Below, piece after piece: positions 48,851-57,283 of a DNA stretch of 64,000 nucleotides. Position 1 is the stretch's first letter. Every line of letters starts with the position of its first letter. The notes under the pieces were generated by a model. That model had not been told where the DNA came from and made no database searches. It saw only the letters and a list, made by a program, of their open reading frames with translations. This stretch comes from a virus (Duplodnaviria; Caudoviricetes), in the IMG/VR virus record IMGVR_UViG_3300046648_000377, positions 330-64,329 of that record. The stretch is one strand, 5' to 3'. A program made the position numbers and the translations under genes.

Positions 48851-48925
48851 AGTCACGCAGCGTGACTGGCTGACTTGCCCTAAATGTCACGTTCCGTGAC
48901 TATGTCGGTGTCACGGGATGAAACA
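48851..48925 (+). promoter_or_regulatory. PL promoter with three operators
   Basis: AGTCACG-N3-CGTGACT at 48851-48867, TGTCACG-N3-CGTGACT at 48885-48901, degenerate copy at 48909-48925; TTGCCC-17-GACTAT. Confidence 0.75.
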
Positions 48926-48981
48926 AGCGTGTGGTTATACCACCGCCGTCCCAGTCTGCCACGCTCATTGGGGGTTCGCTC

Positions 48982-49254
48982 ATGCACGCTCAGCCCACGC
49001 GGTTCCCGCGGCCGGTCGACCGGTACCGCGACGTCCAGTCCGGGAATGCCCTGGTCACTCTGGACTCCGAAAGCAACGTCGTTCGGCTCCGCTTCCCCGT
49101 TTCCGACGTCGGTCCGCCCGACGACCCAGCCGCCCCGGGCGCGGACGGCACACCTCAATCCATCAGCGCCACCCAGTTCGGCGTCTTGATGGCACTCCTC
49201 ATCGTCGCGACCGCCTTCGTGTGGATCGGCCTGCTCCTGGACGGTCCACGGTGA
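48982..49254 (+). CDS. hypothetical membrane protein, first PL gene
   Basis: C-terminal TM segment. Confidence 0.55.
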   Translation: MHAQPTRFPRPVDRYRDVQSGNALVTLDSESNVVRLRFPVSDVGPPDDPAAPGADGTPQSISATQFGVLMALLIVATAFVWIGLLLDGPR

Positions 49255-49598
49255 GCGCCCGGACCTACACGGTCGGCAAGGCGCGCGTCCTCGAGCTGCC
49301 AGGCGTTCTCGATCTCGTGATCAACCTCAAGTCCTACCCGGCGAGCCTTCCAGAGATCTCCGTTGGGCTGTTCGAGCCGATCACCGCGGGGCAGGCGTTC
49401 CGCCCCGCCCTTGCCTGGTCCTGGGGCTCGCGCTGCGTGCTGCAGGACGACGCCCAAGGAAACGAGGCGCATGCCGCACTGTGGATCGCTGACACCCAGT
49501 TCCGCGTAGCGACGACCGACGTTCCTCTCCTCATCAACTTCCTTGGCGATGCCCTTCGGGATGGTCGCCACGACACCTCAGCGAGGGCCAGCGCATGA
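49251..49598 (+). CDS. hypothetical protein
   Basis: GTGA overlap. Confidence 0.6.
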   Translation: MSARTYTVGKARVLELPGVLDLVINLKSYPASLPEISVGLFEPITAGQAFRPALAWSWGSRCVLQDDAQGNEAHAALWIADTQFRVATTDVPLLINFLGDALRDGRHDTSARASA

Positions 49599-49780
49599 AC
49601 GTCCTGGATGAACCGGCAGATATCTGCGAAGTGGTCGCACAAGATTGCAGCTATGGCTTTCGCGCGTTCTGCGTGATGAGCGATGGCACGACCGCATTTC
49701 ATACCGCCGGTCTTCACGCTACGGCAGCGCAGGCGGTCGCCGAAACCGCGGCACGTGCTCGCGCCGGCGGTGTCGCATGA
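49595..49780 (+). CDS. hypothetical protein
   Basis: ATGA overlap. Confidence 0.55.
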   Translation: MNVLDEPADICEVVAQDCSYGFRAFCVMSDGTTAFHTAGLHATAAQAVAETAARARAGGVA

Positions 49781-49989
49781 TCACACCGACGGTCGAGCGC
49801 ACAACGGAAGCCATCGTGTTTCATGCGGTGGAGTGCGAGAAGTGCCTGCGACTCGCCAAGTTTGCGGAGGAGCACAACGAGGCATATTCCGCCGGCGTGC
49901 CCAAAGGGCTGCGCCAGCTCGCGGAAATGTCCAGCGCGGAGGCCTTCTCCTGGGCGCGCCATCTACGTACCGCTGGAGGCGCAGCATGA
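49777..49989 (+). CDS. hypothetical protein
   Basis: ATGA overlap. Confidence 0.55.
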   Translation: MITPTVERTTEAIVFHAVECEKCLRLAKFAEEHNEAYSAGVPKGLRQLAEMSSAEAFSWARHLRTAGGAA

Positions 49990-50216
49990 GCCGCGTCCGC
50001 AAGTCGCCCGAACAGCTGCAGCGTGAATGCGACCGATTCAACCAGCGATGCGCGGTCGGTGCGCCGGTTGTTGTCACGCGTGACAACGGCGACCAGTTCC
50101 GGTCGACCACCACGACACATGCGCAGGTCCTGGGTAGCCACAGCGCAGTGATCTGGGTACAGGACGGCCGTAGCTGCCTTCTGCTCGACCGCGTCGAGCC
50201 GGCCATCAGCGCATGA
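49986..50216 (+). CDS. hypothetical protein
   Basis: ATGA overlap; FNQRCAVGAPV..AQVLGSHSAVIWV. Confidence 0.65.
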   Translation: MSRVRKSPEQLQRECDRFNQRCAVGAPVVVTRDNGDQFRSTTTTHAQVLGSHSAVIWVQDGRSCLLLDRVEPAISA

Positions 50217-50611
50217 GCTGCCTCGCCATCACCGAGCTTTCCGTTTCCGAGCAGGCTGAGTTAACCCTTGCGGTAATCGCCAGGGCAGCCGAGGTGCTCG
50301 CCACTTTCGATCCGCGGGTCCCCGGGTTCTCCCCCCTGTCCACCGCAACTCGCCCCCGCGGGTCGAATCTTCCTCCGCAGGAGGCTTCACGCATGATCGA
50401 GCGCCAGCTTCAGAACCACCCGCCGTTGCGCGTGTGCAACTGCATCCGCCGGCCACACATGTACGAGGCCCGAGGGAACAACGCCGTGCGCTTCTACGTG
50501 GAATGCGCGCCGTGCGAGATCCGCACGCCGAGGGTCTCCACGGCCGACGCTGCAGCTGAAGCCTGGAACGCCCGCGACCTGGTCCCGCTCAACGTCCAGG
50601 CGGTGGCGTGA
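50213..50611 (+). CDS. Zn-ribbon protein, Lar-like C-terminus
   Basis: LRVCNC..VECAPC..AAEAWN resembles the Lar/Ral restriction-alleviation family. Confidence 0.55.
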   Translation: MSCLAITELSVSEQAELTLAVIARAAEVLATFDPRVPGFSPLSTATRPRGSNLPPQEASRMIERQLQNHPPLRVCNCIRRPHMYEARGNNAVRFYVECAPCEIRTPRVSTADAAAEAWNARDLVPLNVQAVA

Positions 50612-50883
50612 TGCTCACGAGCGTAACCGTCACGAAGATCGTGGAAGTCGAGGTCGATATCGACACCGAGGTCGAAATCAACCTCGACAAGATCATCGGG
50701 GAAATGGACTCGTTCGACCTCGCACTGCATGGCCTTGCGCGTGGCGAAGATGCCGAAGTGATCGAAGCCACGTGGCTGAACATCCGCAATGCCATGCGCC
50801 GCGGCGACCGCTACGCCGCCAGCCAGATGATCGCCGACATGACCTACAGCCAGGCCGGCGTGATCCTTCCTCCCCTGCATTGA
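50608..50883 (+). CDS. hypothetical protein
   Basis: Overlap-coupled ORF. Confidence 0.6.
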   Translation: MMLTSVTVTKIVEVEVDIDTEVEINLDKIIGEMDSFDLALHGLARGEDAEVIEATWLNIRNAMRRGDRYAASQMIADMTYSQAGVILPPLH

Positions 50884-50895
50884 CCGGAGTAGCCA

Positions 50896-51276
50896 ATGCC
50901 CACTTCCGCCCTTACCCCCGCCAACGTCACCGCGACCATCAGCGAAGCCGCTGAGAAGCTGCGCGAAGCGGGCAATCAAGATCTCGCCGGCCGTCTCATC
51001 CTCGCCGGCGCCAGCGTCTCGATCGGAAACGACAGCGCCGTGGTGCAGGCGCTGGTAAGCGCTCTCGTGCACGAGTGCCGCGCCGCCTCCGCGATCCTCC
51101 AGGCCACCTTGGCGGTCATGACGACGGAGCAGAAGAACGACCTCGCGAAACGCGTCGACGAGCGTGGATTCATCGGCAAGGAGGGTGGCGCGACCAGGCA
51201 CTGGGACCGCAACGAAGTCGTCGCCCGTGCCGAATGTTTCCTCTACGTCACCAACAAACCCGGCGTCCTTCACTGA
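50896..51276 (+). CDS. hypothetical protein
   Basis: GGAG RBS. Confidence 0.65.
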   Translation: MPTSALTPANVTATISEAAEKLREAGNQDLAGRLILAGASVSIGNDSAVVQALVSALVHECRAASAILQATLAVMTTEQKNDLAKRVDERGFIGKEGGATRHWDRNEVVARAECFLYVTNKPGVLH

Positions 51277-51306
51277 CGCCACCTACCCGCACGCCCCGGA
51301 GATCCC

Positions 51307-51609
51307 ATGAATGCAGTAGCAGCTTCGACCCGCCTTCCAAGTCACTCACCCGCTCCTTTGGCCGCGGTACCCGCCGCAATCGAATCGCTCGGGGGCAGCC
51401 TGTCCTACCTCCAGGATCGTCTCGCCGTCCTGCGCACGCGACTCGAACCGGTGCTCGCACCGCCTGACGTCGCCGGTCAGACCGCGAGCAAGAGCGTGGG
51501 CGATTCGCGTTACCTCGTCGCGGTCGCCGATCAGGTAAGCGATCACGACGCCATCGTGCGCAGCCTCTCGGCGACTGTCGACGATCTCATCCAGCGCGCA
51601 GCGCTTTGA
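51307..51609 (+). CDS. hypothetical coiled-coil protein
   Basis: GGAG RBS. Confidence 0.6.
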   Translation: MNAVAASTRLPSHSPAPLAAVPAAIESLGGSLSYLQDRLAVLRTRLEPVLAPPDVAGQTASKSVGDSRYLVAVADQVSDHDAIVRSLSATVDDLIQRAAL

Positions 51610-51614
51610 CCTCC

Positions 51615-52045
51615 CCGCCCCGTGGAGGAGCACGGGGCACAAGTGAGGTGGTTGCCTCTGGGCGGTTCCCGGGGGACGCAACAGCCACCTCACTTGTAAC
51701 GAACTGGCTGAAAGGCCTCCGAGGTGGAGTGACGCGAGCCGCTGCCGACCGACCACAGAAACGGGAACAAGCGCGGCGTGGGGTGATGGACCACTGGCAA
51801 AGCATCTGACAGCTGGGAAAGACCAGCACTGAACAGAGGGCCCGGCGAGCCCAGCGATAGATCCCAGGAGTTGGGGCAACGGCAGATCAGAGAGCGTGTA
51901 CCTGCCGGCACGATCGCAATCAATCGTCCTCGCCGCCCTGTCGAGTAGCACAGGGCACAAGCAAGTCACCTGGGTCATCCGATGTACGGGTGCGACGACC
52001 TGGAAGCCCCGGGGGCGTACCTCTCCAAGGTGACTTGCTTGTCTG
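51615..52045 (+). ncRNA. putative structured RNA, two related double-hairpin units
   Basis: Units 51617-51697 and 51935-52042 share architecture with a compensatory change; long intergenic gap in an otherwise coupled operon. Confidence 0.6.
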
Positions 52046-52192
52046 ACCGCTCGACAGCGTGCGCTAACCCTGGAGCGCGAATACCGGGATTTGTCACTCG
52101 TGTCTTGACGGACCACTGAGGTGTAACGGCCTCGGTCGAGCGTTCAGCTTTCTCTTTCAATGCGCTCCGGCACTGCCAGCAAGGAATCGAAC

Positions 52193-52549
52193 ATGTCGAA
52201 ATTCGCCGAAGGCTACATCAACGTGACAGGCCTCAACGTGCGTGCGTTCGCGACGGCAGCGTTCGATCTCAGTCCACCACCGCGGCTGGCGCATCTTGGC
52301 CTCGCGCCTCGCCAGATATCGCCCGACGTGCTCGACCAGATTCTTGCCGACTTCGACGAGGGTGCGCAGGAAGGAATCCTGCTTGCCTTGCGTCTCGACT
52401 ACGTCGAAGGCCGCGGATGCAAGATCAGCATCTGGCGCGATCATGACGGACAGCTTTACATCCGCGATACCTGGTACGACCACGACGAAGACGATCTCAC
52501 CGCCCTTCTGGCGCGCGCCCTCACCAGCGCCAGCGCATCGGTTGCTTGA
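52193..52549 (+). CDS. hypothetical protein
   Basis: AAGGA RBS; LDYVEGRGCK..WYDH. Confidence 0.7.
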   Translation: MSKFAEGYINVTGLNVRAFATAAFDLSPPPRLAHLGLAPRQISPDVLDQILADFDEGAQEGILLALRLDYVEGRGCKISIWRDHDGQLYIRDTWYDHDEDDLTALLARALTSASASVA

Positions 52550-52552
52550 CGC

Positions 52553-52816
52553 GTGATGTCCGGCATTCCTGTCCGCCACCGCGAGCGCCCGCGAATCATC
52601 CTCGACGCCAGTGATCTTCGCTGGGCCGAATCGTTCGCCGTGCCCGCTCCCAGGCCTTGCCGCGAATGCGGCGCGTGCCAGCACTTCCTTCCCAACCCTC
52701 TCAACCCGCAGGCCGGTCTCGGCTGGTGCAACGGCGAACGCGCCGGCATCGGCCAGTACCCCGGCGCAGATCCGATGTGCCCGGGTTGGTCAGCCGCCAA
52801 TGGAGATAATCAGTGA
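52553..52816 (+). CDS. Cys-rich hypothetical protein
   Basis: CRECGACQHF..C..C. Confidence 0.55.
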   Translation: MMSGIPVRHRERPRIILDASDLRWAESFAVPAPRPCRECGACQHFLPNPLNPQAGLGWCNGERAGIGQYPGADPMCPGWSAANGDNQ

Positions 52817-53511
52817 CGCAAACCAGCGACATCCTCGAAGCCATTCGTGGCGCCGGCATCCCGCTCAATACGACACAGCTCGCGGAGCAGTTGCCGCACA
52901 TTCCAAAACCCAGCATCTCGGCGGTTTGCAGCCAGCTGCGTCAGCAGGGCGTACTCACCGGCGCCGTTGAGGACGGACGTGTCGCCTTCCGAGTCGTCGC
53001 CGGCGCCGGCCCCAGCGACGCGTACAACGTCAACGTCAACGATGAAGCTGCCGACGCAGGGGACGACGAGCCCGCCGGCGCGATCCAGGGCCTGCTGTCC
53101 GAAGACGTAAAGCCGATTGACGTCGGTCCTGCCGCGGTGAAACCGCCGACGCAGTCGTTCAGCCCGCGCAGCATGGAACGTCGTCAGCGCCGGGAACCCG
53201 ATATGTCCATCGAAATCTCGCAGGATCCGCGCTCCTTCAGTGCCGTCCTTGAGGCGCTGACGAGCCAGGGCGACACCATGCGCCGGTACACCTTCGATCG
53301 GGACGAGCCCGAGAAGGACAACACGCAGGCAAATCCCGAGTTGGCGGCAGTTCGTTCCGAACGCCCGCCCGGGACCGTTACCACGCGCCCCGCGCGCAAC
53401 GACGGCCGCCTGTGCCGCGAGCTCGCCGCGGCCGTCCTCGCGCGCTGGCCCGGCGAGATCCCCTACGACGTCCAGCGCCTGGTCAATAGCGCCGCCACCC
53501 TTCCCCTCTGA
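52813..53511 (+). CDS. winged-HTH protein carrying KPPTQSFSP
   Basis: ILEAIR..LNTTQLAEQL..ISAVCSQLRQQGVL. Confidence 0.7.
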   Translation: MTQTSDILEAIRGAGIPLNTTQLAEQLPHIPKPSISAVCSQLRQQGVLTGAVEDGRVAFRVVAGAGPSDAYNVNVNDEAADAGDDEPAGAIQGLLSEDVKPIDVGPAAVKPPTQSFSPRSMERRQRREPDMSIEISQDPRSFSAVLEALTSQGDTMRRYTFDRDEPEKDNTQANPELAAVRSERPPGTVTTRPARNDGRLCRELAAAVLARWPGEIPYDVQRLVNSAATLPL

Positions 53512-53524
53512 GCAGGAGCTCTCC

Positions 53525-55705
53525 ATGACCACCATCGAATTCGACGACGAGATCTACTGGGTTCCCTACTCGCAGCTGCGCGTGTCCGACAAGAACGTAC
53601 GTAAGAAGCGCGATCCGAAGGAACTCCAGATTCCCCAGCTGGCGGCGCAGATCAAGGCCGAGACGTTGCTGCAGAACCTGGTCACCACGTTCGGCGAGGG
53701 CGGCAAGTTCGTCGTGGTGAATGGGAAGAAGACGCCGAAGGGACCGCTCGAGATCGTCGACGGATATCGTCGTTACCTCTCCATCGGCATGAATGCGGCT
53801 GAGCTGTTGCTGGATCTCGACCAGCTCGTTCCCGTCAAGATCCGCCCGCCCGACCACGCTGTGTCCGCCAGCCTGACGGCGGCCTTTGGCCAGCTCCCCC
53901 TTCATCCGGTAGAGCAGTTCGACGCGTTCAAGGCCCTCGTTGACGAAGGGAAGTCTGTGGTCGACATCGCCGCCGCCTTCGGCCTCGTGGAGAAGGCGGT
54001 CAGCCAGCGCTTGCTATTGGCGAAGGTCGCGCCCCAGATCCTGAAGGCCTTTCGAGAGGAAGAGATCTCGCTCGAAGTCCTGCAGGCGTTCACGGTCAAC
54101 GATGACCAGAAGCGCCAGCTGAAGGCGTTTCAGGGAATTCCATCCTATCTAAGCGACGCCCAGGCAGCGAAGCACGTACGCACGCACCTTACCGACAAGG
54201 AAATGTCGCTGCGAAACGAGCCTCTCGCGCGCCTGGTCGGCGTGGAGGCCTACCAGGCGGCAGGCGGGCAGGTTCGCTCTGACCTGTTCAACGAAGACAC
54301 TTACTTCGCGGACCCTGCCCTTATCCGCAAGCTTGCCAACGATCGCGTTGCCGAGCTCGAACCGCGTGTTCGCTCCGAGGGCTGGTCATGGGTCGAGGTG
54401 AAGCTGGAAAGGGTGCCGCTTTATGCATTCGCACAACGCAAACCCAAGGTGGCGCAGACCACGCCCGAACAAGATAGGGAACTGGCTTCGATCAAGACGA
54501 AACTCGCGTCGGTCGGGAAGAGAATCGCAAAGCTTCGCCAAGACGAACCTGATGACGATGAATCCCCCGAATACGCAGCGTGGCTTGCCACGTACGAAGG
54601 TCCGCGCGCTGAGCACCAGGAGCTGACTGAACGAGAAGAGCAGATTCAGGCCGATCGTTCGACGTGGAGTGCGAGGACGCTGAAAGAAGCGGGCGTGGTG
54701 ATCTGCCTCGATCATGAGGGAAACCTCAAGATCAATCGCGGCCTCGTCGACCCGAAGACGATGAAGCGCATCGAGAAAGAGAAAAAGAAGGCCGCGGCTG
54801 TTACGGCCGGCGGCCCTGTCGAGACCGTCGAAATCTCCGACTCGCTGCACCAACGCCTCACTGCGCACCGCTCCGCCGTAATCCGCCGCAAGCTGCAGCT
54901 CGACCTGAAGGCGATGCTTGCCGTGCTTGCTCATTCGTTGACGGGGCACACGTTCGGCCGCTCGAACTGGAAGGCCAACCTGACGGAGATTGGTGCGCCC
55001 CCGCAGGACAAGGCACACGCCACCGCCGGCGTCGACATGGACGAGTACGTTTCCCACCTCAACCTGTCGCTAGACCGTAGCGAGCTGATCCGGGAAATGC
55101 CGGAAGACGAGAAAGACGCCCTCGTTTGGTTGTTGGAGCAGAGCGAGGACTACCTGCTGAAGCTGATTTCGGCCTGCGTGGCCACGTCCTTCAACGGGAT
55201 CTACGGGAAATCAGGGTGGAAGGTTCCCGAGCGTCACGCTCTCACTGAGGTGCTCGTTGAGTACCTCGATATCGATATGCGCGAGCATTGGCAGGCCACG
55301 GTCAACACGTACCTTGGCCACGTTCCCAAGCCGTTGATCATCCAGGCGGTGACAGAAGCGAAGGGTGCTGCTGCCGCCAAGGATCTCACGACGATGCCGA
55401 AGGGCGCCGCAGCCGAGGCGGCGGAGTTACACCTCGACGACGAAGAATGGGTACCCGAGCTTTTTCGCCGAGTGCTGACTAAGCCCAAGGAGATCTCACA
55501 AGAGGAGGCTGTCGCACACATCCACTCCCTCCTTGAGGCGAAGCGGGCGCGCGACTCGCAGCCGTCGTCATGGCCCGCAACTCCCGAGGCGTCGCCGATC
55601 GCCGACCAGGCGAAGCCGATCCTGAAGGCGCCTCCTGTGACGAAGGTGGCCGGGAAGAAGGCTGCTGTGAAGAAGGTCGCTGGGAAGAAGGCAGCGAAGG
55701 CATGA
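53525..55705 (+). CDS. ParB/RepB/Spo0J-family protein (long plasmid-like type)
   Basis: LLQNLV..VDGYRRY, LHPVEQFDAF HTH, YQAAGG.VRSDLF, EGWSWVE; histone-like KKVAGKKAA tail. Confidence 0.85.
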   Translation: MTTIEFDDEIYWVPYSQLRVSDKNVRKKRDPKELQIPQLAAQIKAETLLQNLVTTFGEGGKFVVVNGKKTPKGPLEIVDGYRRYLSIGMNAAELLLDLDQLVPVKIRPPDHAVSASLTAAFGQLPLHPVEQFDAFKALVDEGKSVVDIAAAFGLVEKAVSQRLLLAKVAPQILKAFREEEISLEVLQAFTVNDDQKRQLKAFQGIPSYLSDAQAAKHVRTHLTDKEMSLRNEPLARLVGVEAYQAAGGQVRSDLFNEDTYFADPALIRKLANDRVAELEPRVRSEGWSWVEVKLERVPLYAFAQRKPKVAQTTPEQDRELASIKTKLASVGKRIAKLRQDEPDDDESPEYAAWLATYEGPRAEHQELTEREEQIQADRSTWSARTLKEAGVVICLDHEGNLKINRGLVDPKTMKRIEKEKKKAAAVTAGGPVETVEISDSLHQRLTAHRSAVIRRKLQLDLKAMLAVLAHSLTGHTFGRSNWKANLTEIGAPPQDKAHATAGVDMDEYVSHLNLSLDRSELIREMPEDEKDALVWLLEQSEDYLLKLISACVATSFNGIYGKSGWKVPERHALTEVLVEYLDIDMREHWQATVNTYLGHVPKPLIIQAVTEAKGAAAAKDLTTMPKGAAAEAAELHLDDEEWVPELFRRVLTKPKEISQEEAVAHIHSLLEAKRARDSQPSSWPATPEASPIADQAKPILKAPPVTKVAGKKAAVKKVAGKKAAKA

Positions 55706-56253
55706 GCTACGCGAGCTTCCTCTTCGCCCCGTTTGCTCGCCGCGCTCGCGAGAGCTGGCCGACGTGCGGCTTCAACCTCTGGCTGGTTGCGGGGACGTTG
55801 TCGCCGACACCGGTCGACAGCGTCGAGCTTGTCGACTTCGATGTGATCAGTCGGCCTGAGCCGATCCTGGGCCGAGTCATCGTGGACGGGCGTGCGGCGG
55901 ACGGGGACGACGTCCTTTTCAGCAGCATCCCTGAGGGCCGCACCGTTCGCGCCCTCCTGATTACCGAACTGCGGACGAATGAGGGCTCACCCGGGGCCAT
56001 GGGCCTGGAGACGCCCGCCGCACTGGTCTGGCAGGCGCATGGCATGCCCCTCGATACCAACGGCGGCGACATCATTGTCACTTGGGATAACGGTCCGAAC
56101 CGCATATTTTCGCTACCGAAAGCCAGTGCAGCCCCGTTGGCGGTCGAAGATTGGGTCACAGATCTGTTGTCGACGTGCGGCGACCAAGCGCTCGGTCAGG
56201 CGATTACCGCTCCGCTGCTTCTCCCTGAGCGCAAGGGCGAGGTTCGGGCATGA
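55702..56253 (+). CDS. early-operon paralog of virion protein 27071-27484
   Basis: GMPLDTNGGDIIVTWDNGPNRIFSL vs GLPITPNGGDIICTWDNGTNKIFKL. Confidence 0.75.
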   Translation: MSYASFLFAPFARRARESWPTCGFNLWLVAGTLSPTPVDSVELVDFDVISRPEPILGRVIVDGRAADGDDVLFSSIPEGRTVRALLITELRTNEGSPGAMGLETPAALVWQAHGMPLDTNGGDIIVTWDNGPNRIFSLPKASAAPLAVEDWVTDLLSTCGDQALGQAITAPLLLPERKGEVRA

Positions 56254-56882
56254 CGATCCCTGCCTACCCCCTCGTGTGGCCAGACGGATGGCCACGCCTA
56301 TCGTCTCACAGCCGTGCGGCGGCCAAGTTCGGAACGGTGCGTAGCGGCAGCGCGAAGCGCCAGCTCAGCGTGGCGGATGCCGTCGCGCGCGTGCGCGATG
56401 AATTGGGTCGCATGGGAGTGTCTGACGACGACCTGGTCGTCAGTACGAATATGCCGCTTCGCCTCGATGGTTGGCCGCGCTCGGACTCTGCAGCGCCGTC
56501 CGATCCCGGTGCCGCTGTCTACTGGCGCGAACCGAAGAATCGCGACAAGCCCGCTCGCTGCATGGCGATCGACCGCTATGAACGTGTTGCGGACAACCTT
56601 GCGGCGATCGCCGCAACACTCGAAGCATTCCGCGCGATCGAGCGACATGGCGGCGCCGCCATCCTGGACCGAGCTTTCACCGGCTTCGTAGCGATCGAGA
56701 ACCAGTCGAAGCCCTGGCCCCAGGTTCTCGGGGTTCAACCCGGCGCCAGCAACGACGAGGTTCTTGAGGCGTACCGCCGGCGGCGTGCTGCGACTCATCC
56801 CGATCGTGACGGTGGCGATGCCGAAGCCTTCCAGCGCGTGCAGGAAGCCTACGAGACCTTCAGCAAGGAACGCGGGCTGTGA
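56250..56882 (+). CDS. J-domain (DnaJ-like) protein
   Basis: AYPLVWPDGWPR N-domain; C-terminal VLGV..AYR..HPD..GG..F..VQEAY. Confidence 0.9.
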   Translation: MTIPAYPLVWPDGWPRLSSHSRAAAKFGTVRSGSAKRQLSVADAVARVRDELGRMGVSDDDLVVSTNMPLRLDGWPRSDSAAPSDPGAAVYWREPKNRDKPARCMAIDRYERVADNLAAIAATLEAFRAIERHGGAAILDRAFTGFVAIENQSKPWPQVLGVQPGASNDEVLEAYRRRRAATHPDRDGGDAEAFQRVQEAYETFSKERGL

Positions 56883-57283
56883 CCGACGAGACGACACCGA
56901 CACCGGAGCCGAAGAAGTTCAGCGGCGGTCTCCGGATGGCGAAAGCCACGCCCGAAGACATCGAGAACGCCTTCGAGCTGGCCAGCTTGCTTGACCAGGT
57001 CGAGCGAGGCGACTGGCCGTACCTTGGCGATGAAGAACCCGAAGACGCTCCAGAACGTATCGACGACCAGGACATCGAGCACCTTCAGCATGTCTACGAG
57101 CTGGTCAAGACGATGGCTCGCCGCGGCGGTTTGTGGCGCGTCGTCATGGGCTTCGACATGGTCCTGCGCAGCGATCTGCTGAATCCCGCGGTGGATTACA
57201 TCGAGGTGAACCCGGTCATCAATGCGCTCGTGGACAAGTCGAACGCCACAGACGCCGCGGCGGAGCAGGAGCCCAGCACGTGA
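56879..57283 (+). CDS. hypothetical protein
   Basis: LRMAKATPEDIE..GGLWRVVMG. Confidence 0.7.
   Translation: MTDETTPTPEPKKFSGGLRMAKATPEDIENAFELASLLDQVERGDWPYLGDEEPEDAPERIDDQDIEHLQHVYELVKTMARRGGLWRVVMGFDMVLRSDLLNPAVDYIEVNPVINALVDKSNATDAAAEQEPST

Noticed and set aside
51806-51830. Hammerhead-like CTGA...GAAA
   Set aside because: CUGANGA core is absent (CUGACAG) and stems I/III were not found
51615-52045. CRISPR-like or DGR template repeats
   Set aside because: Only two divergent units ~320 bp apart, no regular spacers, and no cas or reverse transcriptase gene in the window
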